A DNA stretch of 64,000 nt from Octopus vulgaris (lineage: Eukaryota): NCBI GenBank assembly GCA_951406725.2, contig OX597825.1, forward strand, positions 3,596,001 through 3,660,000. The letters are read 5' to 3'. The notes beneath the pieces were generated by a model that was not told the DNA's origin, made no database searches, and saw only the letters and a program-made list of their open reading frames with translations. Within the stretch, counting starts at the first letter, position 1. Each line of letters starts with the position of its first letter. The position numbers were made by a program, and so were the translations under genes. Shown here piece after piece: positions 1 through 13,830 of the stretch.

Positions 1-2354
1 TAAAAGTCATGTTTCGAAGACGGTAAAGTGGAATTGTAATGAGCAGAGATGAAGCTAATAGCTTCTGATCTGACCGTATTTAATGAACGTCATTCGAAAT
101 TGCGTGTTCCCATGGTTTATGGAAATAAATTTACATGTCATCGAAGGGGGGATGTAATGAGGCTAGACGATTCAAGAGCAACTCTGCATTGGTAAAGGTT
201 TTTGTTAGAAACGGGGTCTCGTTAACTTGTTCACACTCCCCGATATTAGAAAATTTGAATGAAGCTGTCCACATATTGGAAAAGATAGCATAAAATGTTT
301 GAGGATGACATGTCTCAGTGCATGAAACAGGAAAGGGATTCTAGAACCGTAGGCTTGAATAATAATCATAGACTTCAATAAAAAGTATATTTAGCGGCCA
401 TTTGGAGCTGCTAGTCCTGACAAGTGATTAAGCAAATTAACGAAAAAATATATTATCGAAACAAAAATATAGGAAACAAACCTCTTGATTTTGAATTAGA
501 TTTATATGAACTCATCACTGACACCGAATGTTGATATCAATATTAATATAATTGGTAAATGTGTCTACAATAGTAGTTTGTCTCTCAGAAATATATGTCG
601 ATTAACTTGTATAAGAAAGGCGAAATATAAGCCCAGTTTCATTTTTAAAAATCAGTACAAGAAGTGGCATATTTCGTATCTCCTCATTTTTCTAAGAGTC
701 AGTAAACATCAGGAATTGATATCCATGTGTTGCAACTGAAAATAAACGCTACATAAATTATCAACGGAGCATTAAAATAACATTAACTAAATGCTTTTAC
801 ACAATCTCTGTATGCAACAGAAATTTAACGAACAATAATAGCTAAAATTGGGTAAATAAGAATTTTAACTGAATACAAATTTAATGTGAATAATATTAAT
901 CGAGGAATAACTGATTTAACGGAAAGCAAAGTAAATAATTACAATGAGAAAATATAAAATCATTATATGAAACGCAGCTTCAAATAAATCAATAGTAGAC
1001 ATAGAAGGTAACCTATTTAGAATTAGTGCGGAAAATATTTGCTTTGCTTTTATTAAATATGAATAAAATACATAACATTAAGCGACGTGGTAAGATGTTC
1101 GCTACTTTATAGAATACATTATCAAGCTAAAGCAAGATAATGTCGAAGTAATTAAAGAAAGAGACTGTTAGAGGAAACGTTTAATAGAGGTAAATCTGCA
1201 AAGGAGGATACAATGTAAATTGTATCCACAACAACTCCATCTTCGAAGTAATTAAACACATATGCATATTCATTTATATATCCACCCACACATGCAAACA
1301 CGCACACGCACACATATACATACATATATATATATACATTCGTACACATACAGATACATGCATATTTAGATTAACAAATATGTTGAACTTGGCTGTCCGA
1401 GTTAACAGTTGAAATTATAAAATATTCAACTTTAATTTTATACAATTAATTTAATGATTAACGTTGGATATTCTAACTCTGTACTCTTGTTTATATGCTT
1501 CTGGTGTATTCTTAACTCGGCTTCCATTTTTGTTTATTTGCTTTTCTCTAATATTAACTGCGTCAGCACATAGGATTACTGAGAGTTATTTATTATATTT
1601 TCTGTCTTATTTGATTAGGGGTTCATCTCCTCTCAACATGGAATGCATTTCATTCATGTAATGCACGTTCTGTGTGTTCCATACATTCGTAGCAGAACTA
1701 TTGTCTATTGTGTTTCATACTTTGTGTTTCTGTCTCTATTCATCGATAGGCTGTTGTAATAGTTTGTTTGAATGACCATCGTTATACAGCGTTTGCTTTA
1801 ATCAATCAATTGTATTTTTTCATCTTGTGTCTTTATTGTCAAAGTGAATCCAAGTGCATTCACAAGCAGAGTGTTTGCCGTTGACATTTCGAGATTATGG
1901 GGGAATTCTCAATCTCCCTCAAGGTATATGCGTTCGCGCATGTCTTTTGGGTAAACTGAAGCAATGTATCGATTTTAATGTAAATGCTTATGCTTAGAAA
2001 TGGAGAAATATTATTTAAAATGCGAAGAAGGAATTCGTCATACTTGATAGAATTCCCTAGAGTGGACAATGGATTATGGAATTAATACTGATAAGGCAAC
2101 CCAATTCTACACTAAATGACAATATACAGACGTCTGAAATACAAATTTGTGGCTGTTGATCTCTGAGGTTCTAAATCCACACGTTATATACTAGGCAGAA
2201 ACCAAATCCGTGCAGCATTATGAACTGTAGACTGAATAATGATGAATTGGGAGATGGGGGATATTTGACTCAAAAAAATAAAAGAAAAAGAACGCGTCTG
2301 ATTACATCGTTGACTTTTCAATATAACGAACAGGAATATTTACATACATAGAAA

Positions 2355-2407
<53 letters not shown>

Positions 2408-2440
2408 GCACACGGGCACACGGACACATACATACACACA

Positions 2441-2936
2441 TACACGCGGTTGTAACAGAAAGTTCTCAGACTAGTTCCGAAGCGCACCAATAGATGGCAC
2501 TACACGGTTGCATGCCCTGTGAAAGCTATCAGTGACTTTCAAGAGGCAAGACATTGCTGCGTCTACTTCAGAAGTTGTAAATTGTTTGTTTCTGTGGTCA
2601 CGTGTATGCTGTAGTCTGCGATTTTGCCATAGGCAGGAAGTTGGAACAAAGAGCCAACGTAAAAATTTGAGAGAAACATTGACTGTGACCCGTGAAGATT
2701 ATGGCGACGAGGCGATGGGTCATGGGCAACATCTCGAGTGGCACGGGCGTTTCAAAAGCGGCACGACAGAGCTGTAAATCAAAAGTACACTCATCTATTT
2801 TTGGCAACATTCCAGGTATTCTACATCGAGAATTCATCGCCCAGTGCCAGACCGTCATTTCGAAGTTCTACCCTGACGTTTGCAAGAGTGTATAGGATGT
2901 TATTTGGTGAAAGCAGCCGGATCTTCACGATGACAA
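2441..2936 (+). mobile_element. Internally deleted, 3'-truncated mariner transposon relic
   Basis: TA followed by TIR-like cacgcggttgtaacagaaagttctcagact. Translation gives an HTH-like segment EQRANVK..ETL..REDYGDEAMG..EWHGRFKSG, then a catalytic-domain piece FGNIPGILHREFIAQCQTVISKFY. It ends at cggatcttcacgatgacaa (WILHHDN-like), where a CA microsatellite begins. Confidence 0.8.
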
Positions 2937-2950
2937 ACACACACACACAC

Positions 2951-2989
<39 letters not shown>

Positions 2990-3013
2990 TACACACACAC
3001 ACACACATACACA

Positions 3014-3093
<80 letters not shown>

Positions 3094-3587
3094 TTTGTAT
3101 ACACAGAGTTAAAAGAAGAAACATTGATGACAACAAAATGTATTAAAATTACTCGTTAGCATTCTTTACGCAGATGCTGAGGAATCAGGATAACCAGGCA
3201 GTCATGGGAAGCTGAGATCCGAATGTTCAATGTTGCCTTTGAAACTATGTTAAACAGCTCTCTTGGTAAAACCTGAGAAGATACAGAATTGAAGAGATTC
3301 GACTGTCTGGGAAAATCGGCGCCGAAACTACAAAATTCTAAACGCTAAACTTGAATGATAGAACTGTGCGCAGTAGGAGTTGTAAGACCGAAGAGCAGAA
3401 GCTATTAGAACAGTCGCGTAAAAGAACAGAGTGCTCGTGTTGTAGGATGTTCAGCCTGTCGGACAATTACCTATGTCAACCTATCTGGAGCCATTTTCTG
3501 AATGCTCTTCAAGTTATCTATAATGTTCGTGAAGGAAACTATTTCAGAAGAAACACTTATGATACACACACACGCACACACACACAT

Positions 3588-3703
<116 letters not shown>

Positions 3704-5094
3704 CGTGAGGGCACGTGTGAGTGTGTGTGTGTGTATCGACCACGACAGATGACGGTCTCTCTTCTAAAATAAATATTCTGTATCAGCCAAAACAATATTT
3801 TTCAGAAAGTTTTCACAATGGGATCCGTTAGAATATCTTTCTGTTTCCCTAACGCCAGATCATTCCTATACATATATGATTCAATATTTTTGTGAAAGGT
3901 AAAACAGAAGTCTCAAGATTTTCGGCAATATTTTCTAGTTTCTAGATTGTTTTAATGATTTAATACGGCGGCATTTCCCATTGTGTTAATATTCACTGGT
4001 GATTATAAACTAAACATATTTGATGTTTTCATGCAGTTATGGATCAGTATAGTCTCGCATATTGGTAACATATCAGGGCGTGATTCGTATATTCTGAAGA
4101 CGGGATTTTCAGAGCCAGATCTTGAAGGATACATAAACATAACCCCTATATTTATATAGCCCCTCTATCATACGCAAACCACACTAAAGTTGTAAGTGTA
4201 AAAGAATGAAAATATCATCGAAAAAGTCAAAATCGAATTAAACAGCAACTTTAATTTGCACAGAGGACAGCAATATAGCGATTCATACGACATTGAATGC
4301 TGAAACTATTGAATAACGTGTAGGTACCGGAAAGAACTAGGAGCAAAAATAATCTAAATAATTGTGTCATTGTATTAGAAGCGGAATAATGATAATAAAC
4401 TTTGCTTAGAGTGCATTGTAATATTATTGTGTACCTTCATTGGGGAGAGAACAAAATTATTCAAATAAATTCAATGTGAGAATACACATACATACACAGA
4501 CACACACAAGGAAATACACACGCATATATGTATAGCAACATACAAACACACATATTTATATAAGTTTATGTGTGTGTGTACTAGTATGTGTGACTGTGTG
4601 TACATGTCAGTGTCTGTGTGTTTGCGTGCATGTTAGTAAATGTATGTGTCTGTGCGCATGAATGAATATTTATTAGCTATAAAAATCTATACAAATATAG
4701 AAGAAAACGTTATGAAAATATATTCTATAGTAATTCCAAACACAATTGACATTCGATGATTCAAAGTATTGTGTAACTCACTAGACGTATATGCGCATGA
4801 ATTCTTAATAAAACCCGAAAGCACAGAACAGGGATATATGAAATAGAAACATTTGCAACAAAGGGAAAAATTAAAAATAAAACTCAAGTAATATCCAAAA
4901 CAAACAAGACAGAACATATTTTTCAAGTATCAACATGGGATTTATATTAACTGTAATTTCTATGTTAACGTTGCAGCAGCAACGATGGTGCACTGACGGA
5001 AAATTAGTTTATGGTTTTTACTTTATGACCAGTAGACATCATTGAGTAAAGCTTCATTTATTCAGGCTAATGTGATTTGAGAGGCGTGTATGTA

Positions 5095-5150
<56 letters not shown>

Positions 5151-5284
5151 GTGTGTGTGTGTGTGTGTGTGTATGCATGTATGTATATCTATCTATGTAT
5201 ATATATACACATACATACATATATATGTATAAATATATATACATACACACATATGTGTGGGTGTGGATATGTATTTGTATAAAT

Positions 5285-5368
<84 letters not shown>

Positions 5369-5511
5369 GTATGTATGCACATAGAGGAGGAAAATATACA
5401 TTTACATTTATACTGACAGGCAATGACACATAAGCCCATGTTTACACTCCAATACACACATAATTTTACATATACTTAACATATACGTGAGTATGCATTT
5501 ATGAATACAAG

Positions 5512-5580
<69 letters not shown>

Positions 5581-6512
5581 ATACACAATCAGGCACACAT
5601 ATCTTACTGGTGGTGTGAAACAATCGTAGCTGTAATCTAACAGATGGAGACTATATTGAAATGCAGCACAAACCAGATTTCTTCAAATTTGACTCGAGTA
5701 ATAGACACAGGAGCGGAGTATAAGTTTTTCACGTATGAAGCCGAACTGCAAGAGTGCACTGAATATGTCTTCTAATGTAAACCCGTTTATTAATTGAAAC
5801 CCTTGTTTCCGAGCCGGTTTCGTTCACATATATCCACACTTAATAACATAGATATATGCCTATATATAGATAAATGAATACATACAGATCAATCATATAA
5901 ACTCAATCGGTAAGAGCCGGGTATTTACCGTTAGGCTGTGGTTTGGTGCGGCCCCAAAGCACCGGGTGTTAGAACACCCGAACTTCATAAAGAGGAGAGA
6001 TATCTCATTTCAATTCCCTCTACATGTGACAGACATCGACGTGTCACGATTTTTGAGGTTTATCAATGTCATCTACTTGAACATTATCGGTCACGAATCC
6101 TAGATGGGCTCAGGCATGAGGTATCTCGCCTGTTAATGAATTTCAGGTGTTTTAACACCCTACGCCTTTAGACAGTATTCTTCACGTCGCCAAATAATAC
6201 ACGGTTTGAAAATGCAATTTTAAAAGATGTTTATTTACTTGACCGGTTTCAGTTTTTTAGAAAAATATTGCCAAAAGTAACATGTAAAAGTTTGGTTGTG
6301 TTAGGTACTGGTTGTCACAAAAAGTCTGTTACGATAACATGGTGAATTAGGTCAGTTAAAACTACCCTAAAACTAAAATGTTAACTTATTTGAACTTATA
6401 ATTTTCAGTGTATATATATACAGATACAGTACCAATATTCCACTGATTTTTTTAAATAATTCTTTCTGGAAACTGTCTTTGACATTTTCTTAAGAATGTA
6501 TATATATATATA

Positions 6513-6861
6513 TACCTGGGACAGGAAGTAAATATGTGACGGGATATCAAAAAGGAGATCTCACGGAGAGTAAGAGCCGGATGGAAGGCGTTCAATGGCA
6601 TAAGGGATGTGCTCAAGGGAAGGTTGGACAGGACCACTCGCGCCAACCTCACCGATAATCGGTGGACGCACGTAGTTGTCGAGTGGTACCCGCGGGAGCG
6701 GAAAAGACCACCCGGAAGACCTCCACGACGGTGGAGTGACGATTTCAATAGGACGATTGGGATCACGTGGATGAGAAAGGCGCGAACCATAGAGGAGTGG
6801 ACAGCGTGCTGTGACCAGCGGTGTCAAGCGGACGCCTGACGGACTGGTCGGTCAAAGTGAA

Positions 6862-6865
<4 letters not shown>
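6513..6865 (+). mobile_element. RTE-clade LINE 3' fragment with internal deletion
   Basis: Translates YLGQEVNM*RDIKKEISRRVRAGWKAFNGIRDVLK..RANL joined to TDNRWTHVVVEWYPRERKRPPGRPPRRWSD..WMRKAR..EW, a typical RTE C-terminus. Short aagtg-repeat tail; (TA)n on both sides. Confidence 0.85.
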
Positions 6866-6897
<32 letters not shown>

Positions 6898-6942
6898 TAT
6901 ATATATATATATATATATACATATGTATATGTTTGTATATAA

Positions 6943-6990
<48 letters not shown>

Positions 6991-7467
6991 GTATGTATAT
7001 AAGTGTATCTCGTATAGTATATACTTATGTGCCTATGCTTGTGCTTGTATGTAACAGGCTGACGAATTTTTTTTAAAATCGTTAACTATATAGATTGATA
7101 TTTTATAAAACGAAAGTGGTCTTTGAGTGAAGAAGAAAGTCTAGTCTTGAATGAACTATTTTAAACTACGTAATACGAGATTCAGTAATGGCGAAATTAC
7201 AAACGGCATCCCGAAATGTATGCTTGTAATTTACAATTTCCATAAGCAGTTAGCCGTAACGCGGGGCTCGTCTGTCTTAAAATCATAAAACGACGGCTAT
7301 AAGTACTCTGTCGTTGTATTTTATATTTGTAGTGTAACATTGTGAAAAGGTAAAACACCTATTGTTCTCTAAACATTCAATGGAAATATTAATTGCTATG
7401 CAATTTTATGTTTTAAAGCTATTGAGGTTGAATGCTTCAAGTAATTTGAAGTCGCCTATTAGTAATA

Positions 7468-7678
7468 ATCTTTTCTGCTATAGGGTTGGAAATTTTGTTG
7501 TGACGGAGCAAGTCGGCTATATCGACTCCTATGCATAATTGGTATTTATTTCATCCACCCCGAATTAGTAAAAGATGAAGTCGACATCGGCGGAATTGGA
7601 ACTCAGAACGTAAGGACAGACAAAAAACCACTTAGCATTTTGCCAAGTGTGCTAACGATTTGGACCGCTCGCTATCTT
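7468..7678 (-). mobile_element. tRNA-like SINE family 1, degenerate copy (tail B)
   Basis: Reverse complement aligns by eye to the copies at 18364 and 51029 (aaatgctaagtgg..gttctgagttccaattccgccgatgtcgacttc..aaataccaat). Confidence 0.8.
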
Positions 7679-9093
7679 CTCGATTAGTAATGATGTAACG
7701 TCTCATATTTTCTTTTTCGTACATTAATAAACAAGCAAAAGTTATAGACTGTTAGTAGTTAAACGGGGTTGGTTTTAGAAAAACCTGTCGAAAATGTCAA
7801 TATTTCGTGTTTCATTAGGACCAAAACTACAGCAATTAGTTGAAATCCTACCGCTACATCACTTCGGCCCCGTTTTAAAAATACGGCGAACGACATGCTT
7901 TCACAGTTGCGGATAATTTAGTGTTTATATTTGTATAACTCATACTGCGTTTTTATTGCAACTAGAATACTCGTTTCAACAAATATGCAGCTGCTAATTA
8001 AAAGCATAGTGTGACTACATTTCCCTTCCAACGTAAAGTTATAAACAAATTCTTTGATGGATTATTCATGACAAACTGATGCTTTCATGGAACATTTCTA
8101 CTGACAGATTTCAGGAACTGTTTAAACAGCAGTGAGTAACGTGTATCAATCTCAAATTCAATTATATTCAATATTTATTCACGCACATGAAATACATAAT
8201 GTAAAACTTTGAATAACATTTGTCATATTAACAATAATGGTGACGCAATTTAATAAGCTTTGTGTAGCCGTCAGAATTTCGCTTACTTTGATCTCCAACA
8301 TGCAGGCTATAATAATTGCATAAATTTCTTTATATTGCTCACAATTTCTTTGCTCAATAAAGAATTGCATCGTGAGTTGCATTTGAATTACTTCTGATGT
8401 TAAATTGGTAGATAATGGCCAATAGTCACATGCTGAACATAATAGGGAGAGAATTTAAAGTATTTGTTCCAAACCCATATATATATTTATACTTGAATGA
8501 ATATGGTAATAAATATCCTTATGCTGTTGTTATTACAATCTCGTCCCCGAGTTGCTATGCTATAGAACTCCAATCTTCAAAGGTGTTTAAAGATGTCTAT
8601 CTTAATTTTATTTCTGAGATCACATCACTATTTAATTTGTAATTGTAAGGTTTTGGATTTTGGGTAGAATTTAGCTAATATCTGTAAATGGTGATTGGAC
8701 CTTACCGCATAGCGGTTCCTAAACAGGCTTGTACATATTAGGTTTCCTGAATTAATCAATCTATAATCAGTTTGCCACATGGTGCGTTAATGTCATAAGA
8801 TTTAACACAGAGTATAAGTCATTTTTAGACACAAGGCATCTCTTGTGCATCTTTTAAAGTGATGATGGTCTGTGACTCAGTAAATATATGTGAAGTAAGC
8901 TATTGCTGAGATTATGGCACTTAACTGCACCAGTCTACAGAACTGGAAACGAAATAGAAGCATGTTCACTAAGGCGTTATTTGTAAAAACAATCAATTTC
9001 TGCTCTTCTACAGTTGAATGTTGTTCAAATTTTGGTGTTTCGTATAGAAAGACTAACCGTTGGATCACGTTTTTCTCAGAATTGTATGTTTTT

Positions 9094-9481
9094 AAGGCAG
9101 CGAGTTGGCAGACAATTTAGCTCACCGTGCAAAATGCTTAGCGGTATTTACTCTGCCGCTACTTTCTGAGTTCAATTTCCGCCCAGGTCGACTTTGCCTT
9201 TCATCCTTTCGAGATCGATTAAATAAGTACCAGTTACGCACTGGGGTCGATATAATCGACTTAATCTGTTTGTCCCCTCTGTGTGTAGCCCCTTTGTGGG
9301 TAGTAAAGAAATAGGGATTTCGTCTGTGTTTACGTTCTGAGTTCAAATTCCGCCAATGGTGCATTTGCCTTTCATCATTTCTGCGTCGATAAATTAAGTA
9401 CCAGTTGCGTACTTGGGTCGATCTAATCGACTGGCCCCTTCCCCGATAATTACGGGCGTCATACCTCGAGTAGAACAGAAT
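9094..9481 (+). mobile_element. SINE family 1 dimer: head+core+tail A followed by core+tail B, with outer TSD
   Basis: Two consecutive cores (ctgagttcaa(a/t)ttccgcc..tttgcctttcatc..aagtaccagtt). Flanking direct repeat cagaattgtat(g/a)ttt at 9077-9091 and 9476-9490. Confidence 0.9.
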
Positions 9482-10405
9482 TGTATATTTCTGAAGAGGG
9501 AGCGTTGCATACATTGAGATCATAATGTTGAGTTTCATTGTTCCTACGCGCCTGTTGATCTTTACTGGGTACGGATAAAATATTACTTTAGTAAGTTTAG
9601 TTGTTGTTTCGTATTGATCTAATGACAATTTGATTTAATGGGACCACCACTTCTCCTTCAAGTAAGCACAACTCACCCTCGCTGCCAAACCAAACACCCC
9701 TCCCCAATATAAAAACAAGGAAAACTTGTTTAAGTACTTATTGTTGGGACTGTTATATTTTTCTCTTGAAAAACGCTGTGCTAATCTTAATGAGTTACAT
9801 GTGTTATGTGCTGCTGACAAAGTCTATTACGATATTATTGTGTGAATGAGAAACATTTGTATCCAATATTATATTGATTAACCTCTGACAGTGAAATCAT
9901 TTCCATCAAGTGAATAGTACGTTGTCACAAAACTGACCCAATACATGTCAATAGAATATGTCCAGAAACTTCTATAGGGTTTTGTACATAATCATTTGAG
10001 AACCGCTCTGTTGGCAATAATTTTAACACTGGTATTCATGGTGTATTTGGGCGAAAGAGTTGAAGAAATGACACATCGCTAAAACAGGATTATGTGATGG
10101 TCCATGTTTCAATAAACGGAAAAAATGAATTTGCGTGTATTTTTGTCGTGCGTATCATATAAAGAGTTACTTATATTCCCGTGTGACAGTATTTAGAGAA
10201 ATTACAGTAGATATTGCAATCCACTTAACTAGGAAACAGTTAATCAGTTGTATTTTTTTGAATTTCATTATATTTTAAGATGATGTAGCACCGTGAAAAT
10301 GTTGGGGACAGTAGGGTTTTCTTTAAGATGTTGCCAAGCAGCGGGATATCGCTTCTTTCATGTTAATATTTAGAACTCCCTAAATCACACACTCCCGTTC
10401 ATATC

Positions 10406-10458
<53 letters not shown>

Positions 10459-10625
10459 AGACAGACTCTAATCTCTCTTTTATATTTTGATAAGCATAAC
10501 AAATGCGCAACCGGTAAAAAGAACTTTCACCTAATTAAATTACTTAAATTACTTCAATTATTTGTCAGCATTTTCTTCATTTCCTTTTTTATATATCACC
10601 ACTCGTGTTCGACATCTCCTTTTTT

Positions 10626-10682
<57 letters not shown>

Positions 10683-10720
10683 GATATGGGTACAGGGCGT
10701 CATACACAGTAAACATGAAA

Positions 10721-11917
10721 TATTAGGTTGTATGGATTTTCAAATTGATTTTTGGTAAATTACTTTGAGTTTATATATCATTTTAAAGGCCGTTGTTCGC
10801 TCTGTCTAATCGTGTCACTCCTTTTCTTTTTGAATAATTAGGCCATTTTTCCGGAAATTTGAATACAACACGGATAAAAAGCAAATTCGTACAATTTTCT
10901 TATTCCAGTTAAAGCTAGGGCGAAAACCTGCTGAAAAAGCTCGCGATATCAACGATGCGTTTCGCCCCGGAACCACTAATGAAAGTATAGCACAATGGTG
11001 GTTCAAGAAATATCTTAGCGGTGACGAGAGTCCTGAAGAGGATAAGCACAGTGGTCGGCCATCGGACGTTGACAACGATCAACTAAGAGCCTTAGTCGAA
11101 GCCAATCAACGCACAACTGTTCGAGAGCTTGCTTCTGAATTAGACATAATGTAAACGACAATTTCCAACTGCTTGGAAAAACAAAAATACTTGAGAAATG
11201 GGTGCCGCACGATTTGAACAACAAAAAATAACAAAAACGTCGTTTTGAAGAGTCGTCATCCCTTCTTTTACGCAACAAGAAAGACCCGTTTCTCGACCGG
11301 ATTGTAACTTGCGATGAAACGTGGATTCTTTACAACAACAGACAGCGCTCAGCTCAGTGCTTAGACGCCGAAGAAGCTCCACGGCACTTCCCGAAGCCAA
11401 AGTTGCACCAAAAGAAGGTCTTAGTGACTGTTTGGTGGTCTGCGGCCGGTCTCATCCATCATAGCTTTTTGGATACAGGTGAAAGCATTATGGCGGAGAA
11501 GTAATGTCAGCAAAAGGAAGAAATGCATAAGAAACTCCGACATCAACAGCCAGCATTTGTTAATAGAGAAGAACCTATTATTTTCCATGACAACACTCGG
11601 CCGCACGTCGCACGTCATCCACTATGCTCATTAGACCTCTTGCTTACCGACTACCACTTTTTCAAGCACCTCGACATCTTCTTGCGTGAGAAAATGCTTC
11701 AAAAACCAAGACGATACCAAACACGCCTTCAAAGACTTCATCACCGTCAGAATACAGGATTTTTAAGCTACTGTCATAAATAAACTTGTTTCGTTTTGGC
11801 AAACGTGTTTTGATTCTGATGGTGTTTATTTCGATGAATAAAATAATGTTTGAGCCGAGATATTTGCATCTGATTTTACAGGCTTAAAACTGCAAGAACA
11901 TTCTAGACAAACTAATA
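10721..11917 (+). mobile_element. Near full-length mariner transposon (cecropia subfamily, Hsmar1-like) with TA TSD
   Basis: Ends are TA-ttaggttgt... and ...acaaactaa-TA (imperfect TIRs), about 1.2 kb apart, enclosing a transposase pseudogene. Confidence 0.93.
10870..11841 (+). pseudogene. Mariner DD34D transposase pseudogene
   Basis: Translates [143 protein letters not shown]. Start codon reads ACG; stops, frameshifts and small deletions are present. Confidence 0.93.
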
Positions 11918-12704
11918 CGAAAACGAATGCGTTAAATACACAAATAACGAGAAAGGAAAAAAAGGATAAGTAATACAAAGAATAACCGTTCATTAGTTGT
12001 CGGTTGTCTATTTACTCCGCATTTCGATCAATCAAAGAGTTGCTCCCATAAATAACAAAATAGAATTTTGGAATTATGGAGGGTGAAAATTAGGAACAAA
12101 TACAGGACAGAGGAGACATACAAAGAAGGCGAGCGCAAAGAAACATGGAGGGTCGTTAGACCGGAAGGAAGGGAAACTATTGGACGCTGAGAGAAATAAT
12201 TTCTTTGAAAAGAGAAAAAATAGTATAGAGACATGTAGGAGACGTCCAGTAATCGCTGTGGCAGAGTGGAACTTCTACTGTTTACTTATATATCCTTCAG
12301 TTTATTCTGGCTCTGCAAATTCATTTCCCACCAATATGTGTGTATTTGTGTGTCAGAGAGTGTGGCTGTATGTATGTTTATGTGTATCTGTGTGTGCGTG
12401 TGTGTTATATATTTATGGCGATATTATTGGTATTATTGATATTTGTAACTGTTCTACGTTTAATTACATTTGTCAGACAAGAATCATATTAGTGTATACA
12501 ATAATCTAAACACAAAATGCGTCTATGTAACATTTAATGAAGCCTCGACACACTGATGTAACGATCAACAGATAGTTATAAACGTATGTAATACTATCGT
12601 ATGTATTAACCGATTTATTCGTTGATATATTATACAAAATAACATCGTATGTTACATTCGAGCATCGATGATTATAATTTTTTCTTCACCTCCTCTATTA
12701 TTTA

Positions 12705-12839
12705 TTTCAGTCATTTGACTGCGGCCATGCTGGAACACCGTCTTCAGTCGCGCAAATAGATCCCAGGACTCATTCTTTGTAATCCTGGTAATTATTCTAT
12801 CGGTTTCATTTTGCCGAACCGCTATGATACACAAACTAT

Positions 12840-12879
<40 letters not shown>

Positions 12880-12935
12880 CACATACACACACAAACACAC
12901 ACACATATATATATATACGACGAGCTTCTTGCAGT
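12705..12935 (-). mobile_element. SINE family 2 fragment (microsatellite-containing)
   Basis: tttcagtcatttgactgcggccatgctggaacaccg..ttctatcggt..ttttgccgaaccgcta, then an internal (CA)n/(TA)n, then tacgacgagcttctt. Matches my recollection of a very abundant octopus SINE. Confidence 0.7.
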
Positions 12936-13387
12936 AGTTATAACCTAATGAAGTCCTGTGTTTTTCATTTTTTAACAGGTATTTCGAGGGAAATATATAT
13001 ACATATATATATATATATATACATGATATATAAAGTTATTCCATCACACAATCAACTTAATTTTCATGAATATGAATGGATGAGCGGTATAGTGTTATGT
13101 AGTTAGAAATGTTATGTAGTAAGAAAGCAATTGAAACTGGATGACAAACCAGAGAGTTACAGGTAAATTTTAATGCAGGGAAATAGACAAAAATCATATA
13201 AAATCACTGAGTATTATCATTAACTGAAAAGAAGAAATATTATGAGCAAGCAGAAACTTCAAAACTTTCTCGCCATAAGAAATACATCTAAAGATAATAT
13301 AAAAGTTTAGACACTTACTTTAAAAGAAACAGTTTGGGATGTGTTGACAACATTGCTATGCAGCCGTAAATCAAACTGCATGGCCCA

Positions 13388-13790
13388 CAATTACGACAAG
13401 ATGTGTCGTCGAGAAAACAGTTGTTTCCGCAAAGCAAATAAAATTTGGGATTTGAGGAGAATCAAAGTTGGTAATAAAAAAAGCACAATGAAAACAAACA
13501 GGAAGGGTTCCTAAAACCTAACGAGGAGAGGTGGGGAACAAGCTTCGACAGGGGTAATGGTAAGAGAGGAGACAGACGGGAATGCGTGTTTTCGCGAAGG
13601 CACATCTTGTCGTAATTGCTCGAAATGTGGAGTAGATAAAACAGCCGATAACTGATGAAGGATCGATCCTTATGTTACTTGTCTGGTTTCCATTTGTTTA
13701 TTTCGTTGATCGCAAACAAAGTTCGTATTCCATGTTTTCGTATTTCGTATTTCAGGTTGTTTATGTGTTTTGGCGTCGTGTACCCATATA
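13388..13790. repeat. Second copy of the unclassified repeat, with its halves in opposite orientation
   Basis: Perfect 18-bp inverted repeat caattacgacaagatgtg (13388-13405 / 13601-13618), extending imperfectly to about 40 bp. Homologous to the 10681-12270 flanks. Confidence 0.65.

Positions 13791-13830
<40 letters not shown>

Larger units (their letters stand above)
10681..12270 (+). repeat. Unclassified interspersed repeat (possibly Penelope-like terminal repeat) interrupted by the mariner
   Basis: Joined flanks 10681-10722 plus 11918-12030 match the reverse complement of 13600-13790 (atatgggtac..gaaatacgaaa..aagtaa..ttcat(t/c)agtt(g/a)tcgg..tactcc(g/a)catttcga). 12030-12200 resembles 13388-13560. 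The Penelope label is inference only. Confidence 0.6.

Noticed and set aside
13615-13675. Hammerhead-like words cgaaa ... ctgatga followed by the palindrome aaggatcgatcctt
   Set aside because: No GAAA follows the stem, and stems I and III cannot be built in any permutation I tried. An intact ribozyme is not supported.
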